Shown one piece after another: positions 60,976-64,000 of a stretch of 64,000 nucleotides of DNA. The DNA lies in NCBI GenBank assembly GCA_964016885.1, contig OZ024763.1:1-64000 (forward strand). Reading direction: 5' to 3'. A program made the translations under genes and the position numbers. The notes below the pieces were generated by a model. That model was not told the DNA's origin. It ran no database searches and was given only the letters and a program-made list of their open reading frames with translations. The stretch comes from Eledone cirrhosa. Its lineage: Eukaryota. Positions within the stretch are counted from its first letter, which is position 1. Each line of letters opens with the position of its first letter.

Positions 60976-61195
60976 GGAACGATCGACTTTTTTGTCAAAT
61001 CGGACCGAGGTAACAATGTTTCCGTTGGTCTTTCCAATTGCTAATACTATCTATCGGTCGCAACTCCAGGTAGAAGGAGCAACGTGAAATAAAGTGTCTT
61101 GCTCAAGGACATAACGCATCGCCTGGTCCAGGAATCGAACTCACAACCTTACGATTGCGAATACAATTCTCTAACCACTCAGCCACACGCCTTCA

Positions 61196-61196
<1 letters not shown>
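60976..61196 (-). mobile_element. second copy of the chimeric tRNA SINE (see 51888-52106)
   Basis: Reverse complement with the same junction; B box GAGTTCGATTCC intact. Confidence 0.85.
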
Positions 61197-61286
<90 letters not shown>

Positions 61287-61315
61287 AATATATATATATT
61301 AAAATATATAATATA

Positions 61316-61375
<60 letters not shown>

Positions 61376-61389
61376 CTATATATATATAT

Positions 61390-61422
<33 letters not shown>

Positions 61423-61439
61423 ATATATATATAATATAT

Positions 61440-61709
<270 letters not shown>

Positions 61710-61733
61710 ATATATATAATATATATATATATA

Positions 61734-61765
<32 letters not shown>

Positions 61766-61771
61766 ATATAT

Positions 61772-61849
<78 letters not shown>

Positions 61850-61922
61850 ATATATATATATATATAATATATATATAATATATATATATATAATATATAT
61901 ATATAATATATATATATATATA

Positions 61923-61962
<40 letters not shown>

Positions 61963-62005
61963 TAAAAATAGACATAGAAGCCTTCAATACATCAAAAGTT
62001 TTTAT

Positions 62006-62050
62006 TAGCCTACAATGTTTCGTCCCATTAATAAGGACTCATCAGGGCAA
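62006..62050 (-). ncRNA. minimal type I hammerhead ribozyme motif, canonical core
   Basis: GCC-CTGATGA-GTCC ttattaatg GGAC-GAAAC att GTA-GGC followed by TAATAAA. Confidence 0.8.
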
Positions 62051-62129
62051 GTAAACAGATAAGAAGCATTAACGGCCAGAACTCAGAAGAATAGGGAATT
62101 CATATCCATGAAAGCTTAAGAGAGATATG

Positions 62130-62170
<41 letters not shown>

Positions 62171-62404
62171 ATATATATATATAAATATATATAATATATA
62201 TATAATCTATAAAATATATATATAATCTATAATATATATATATAATATATATATAATCTATAAAACTGTCTATATTGTATTTTGTCTGAGGAAGGCATAA
62301 CATATTGTTAATATATATAATGAAATAAATATGGTTTTATAAATATAGTTTCCATTTATTTAATATCGTTATAATATATATATATATAATATATATATAT
62401 AAAT

Positions 62405-62645
62405 ATATAGTAGAGGTAGACCACGAAAAACATGGGCGGAGGTGGTGAGAACAGACCTCAGATCATTGAAGCTCATCATTTTACGTCCGCTTTTCCCTGC
62501 TTGCAAGGGTGGGATGGGTCTTATTCAGCACAGCATCTCTCCACTTGTCACGGTCCTTCGTCATCTCCACCGTGAGCTTCAATGATCTGAGGTCTGTTCT
62601 CACCACCTCCGCCCATGTTTTTCGTGGTCTACCTCGACTATATAT
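62405..62645. mobile_element. RTE family A 3' end (minus) with a foldback duplication
   Basis: 62476-62636 is the reverse complement of 19161-19322; 62405-62475 is an inverted copy of its 5' part including flank. Confidence 0.85.
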
Positions 62646-62902
62646 TTATATATATATATATATATTATATATATATACATATATAAATATATATATGTAT
62701 ATATATATAAATATAAATATTATTATTATGTAATAAACAACATAAGGCAATTATTCCATTTACCAGTGGTTTCTTAAAAGCAAAAGGTTTTGCTTTCAAT
62801 CCTCAGAATGAAAAATCCTGGTTTGTTTATTGAATATGGATTCTAAATATAAATATATATATATGTAAATATATATATATATAAATATATATATATGTAA
62901 AT

Positions 62903-62934
<32 letters not shown>

Positions 62935-63227
62935 GTAAATATATATATATATATGTAAATATATATATATATAAATATATATAAATATATATATATATGT
63001 AAATATATATATATATAAATATATATATGTATATATATAAATATATATATGTAAATATATATATATATAAATATATATATGTATATATATATATATACAT
63101 ATAAATATCTATATATGTAAATATATATATATATATAAATATATATATGTATATATATATAAATATAAATATATATATATATGTAAATATATATATATAT
63201 ATATATAAATATATATATATGTATATA

Positions 63228-63301
<74 letters not shown>

Positions 63302-63320
63302 TATAAATATATGTATATAT

Positions 63321-63366
<46 letters not shown>

Positions 63367-64000
63367 CAATAAGCCTCTCTCCTCTAAACCATCCCAGTAC
63401 ATCATATGGATTAGTCTACTCTGCTTTTTTGATCTCACACCACCACAAGCAGCCTCCTCCTCCTCCACAGCAGCCATCCTCGCCATCACCACTACCTCAA
63501 CACCCCACCACAAGCATCCATCCATCCTTCACCTCCACCCACACCACTCCACCACTCCATCCCTCCCTCCCTCCCACACACCACTCCACCACTAATAAAG
63601 AAGTGTCTGTAAAACTAGATTAATTTACTTCATTATATCTCTATAAATACTGGTGCCAACTATGGTGGAAACTTCTTTAGAAACCAACACTGCCACCACC
63701 ACCACTGCCACTGCCACCACCCCTGCCACCACCACCACCACTGCCACCACCACCACTGCCACTGCCACCACCACTGCCACCATCACCACTGCCACCACCA
63801 CCACCACTATAACCAACGCCACCTTCTTTGCCACCACCACCACCACTGCCACCACCACCACCACCACCACCACTATAACCAACGCCACCTTCTTTGCCAC
63901 CACCATCACCGCATCACCAACACCACCATCATCACTACCACCATAACTACCATCATAGCCACCGCCACCACCAACAACAACAACAACAACACAACCACCA

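Overview
Eukaryotic, AT-rich and extremely microsatellite-dense DNA ((TA)n, (CA)n, (GA)n, (GAT)n, (CCA)n, (GGTT)n). I recognise no host protein-coding exon; almost all ORFs in the supplied track are simple-repeat artefacts. The repeat complement looks like that of an octopod cephalopod (inference from repeat families, not from a marker gene). It includes three RTE-clade LINE families, tRNA-headed CORE-type and Nin/Deu-type SINEs, a CR1-like 3' end, maT (DD37D) and mariner derivatives, a TTAA-type MITE, and Penelope-like pLTR fragments. Highlights: (1) about a dozen dispersed minimal type I hammerhead ribozyme motifs from several families, some with compensatory base changes; (2) a 5'-truncated but uninterrupted RTE ORF with a C4HC3 PHD finger inserted inside the RT domain, conserved in a second RTE family; (3) modular SINEs whose body and tail match two different LINE partners in this window; (4) several minisatellites born from transposon fragments, including a 2 kb array of 54-bp units inside a MITE; (5) many inverted or foldback structures. 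All calls and coordinates were read by eye; element boundaries next to microsatellites are approximate.
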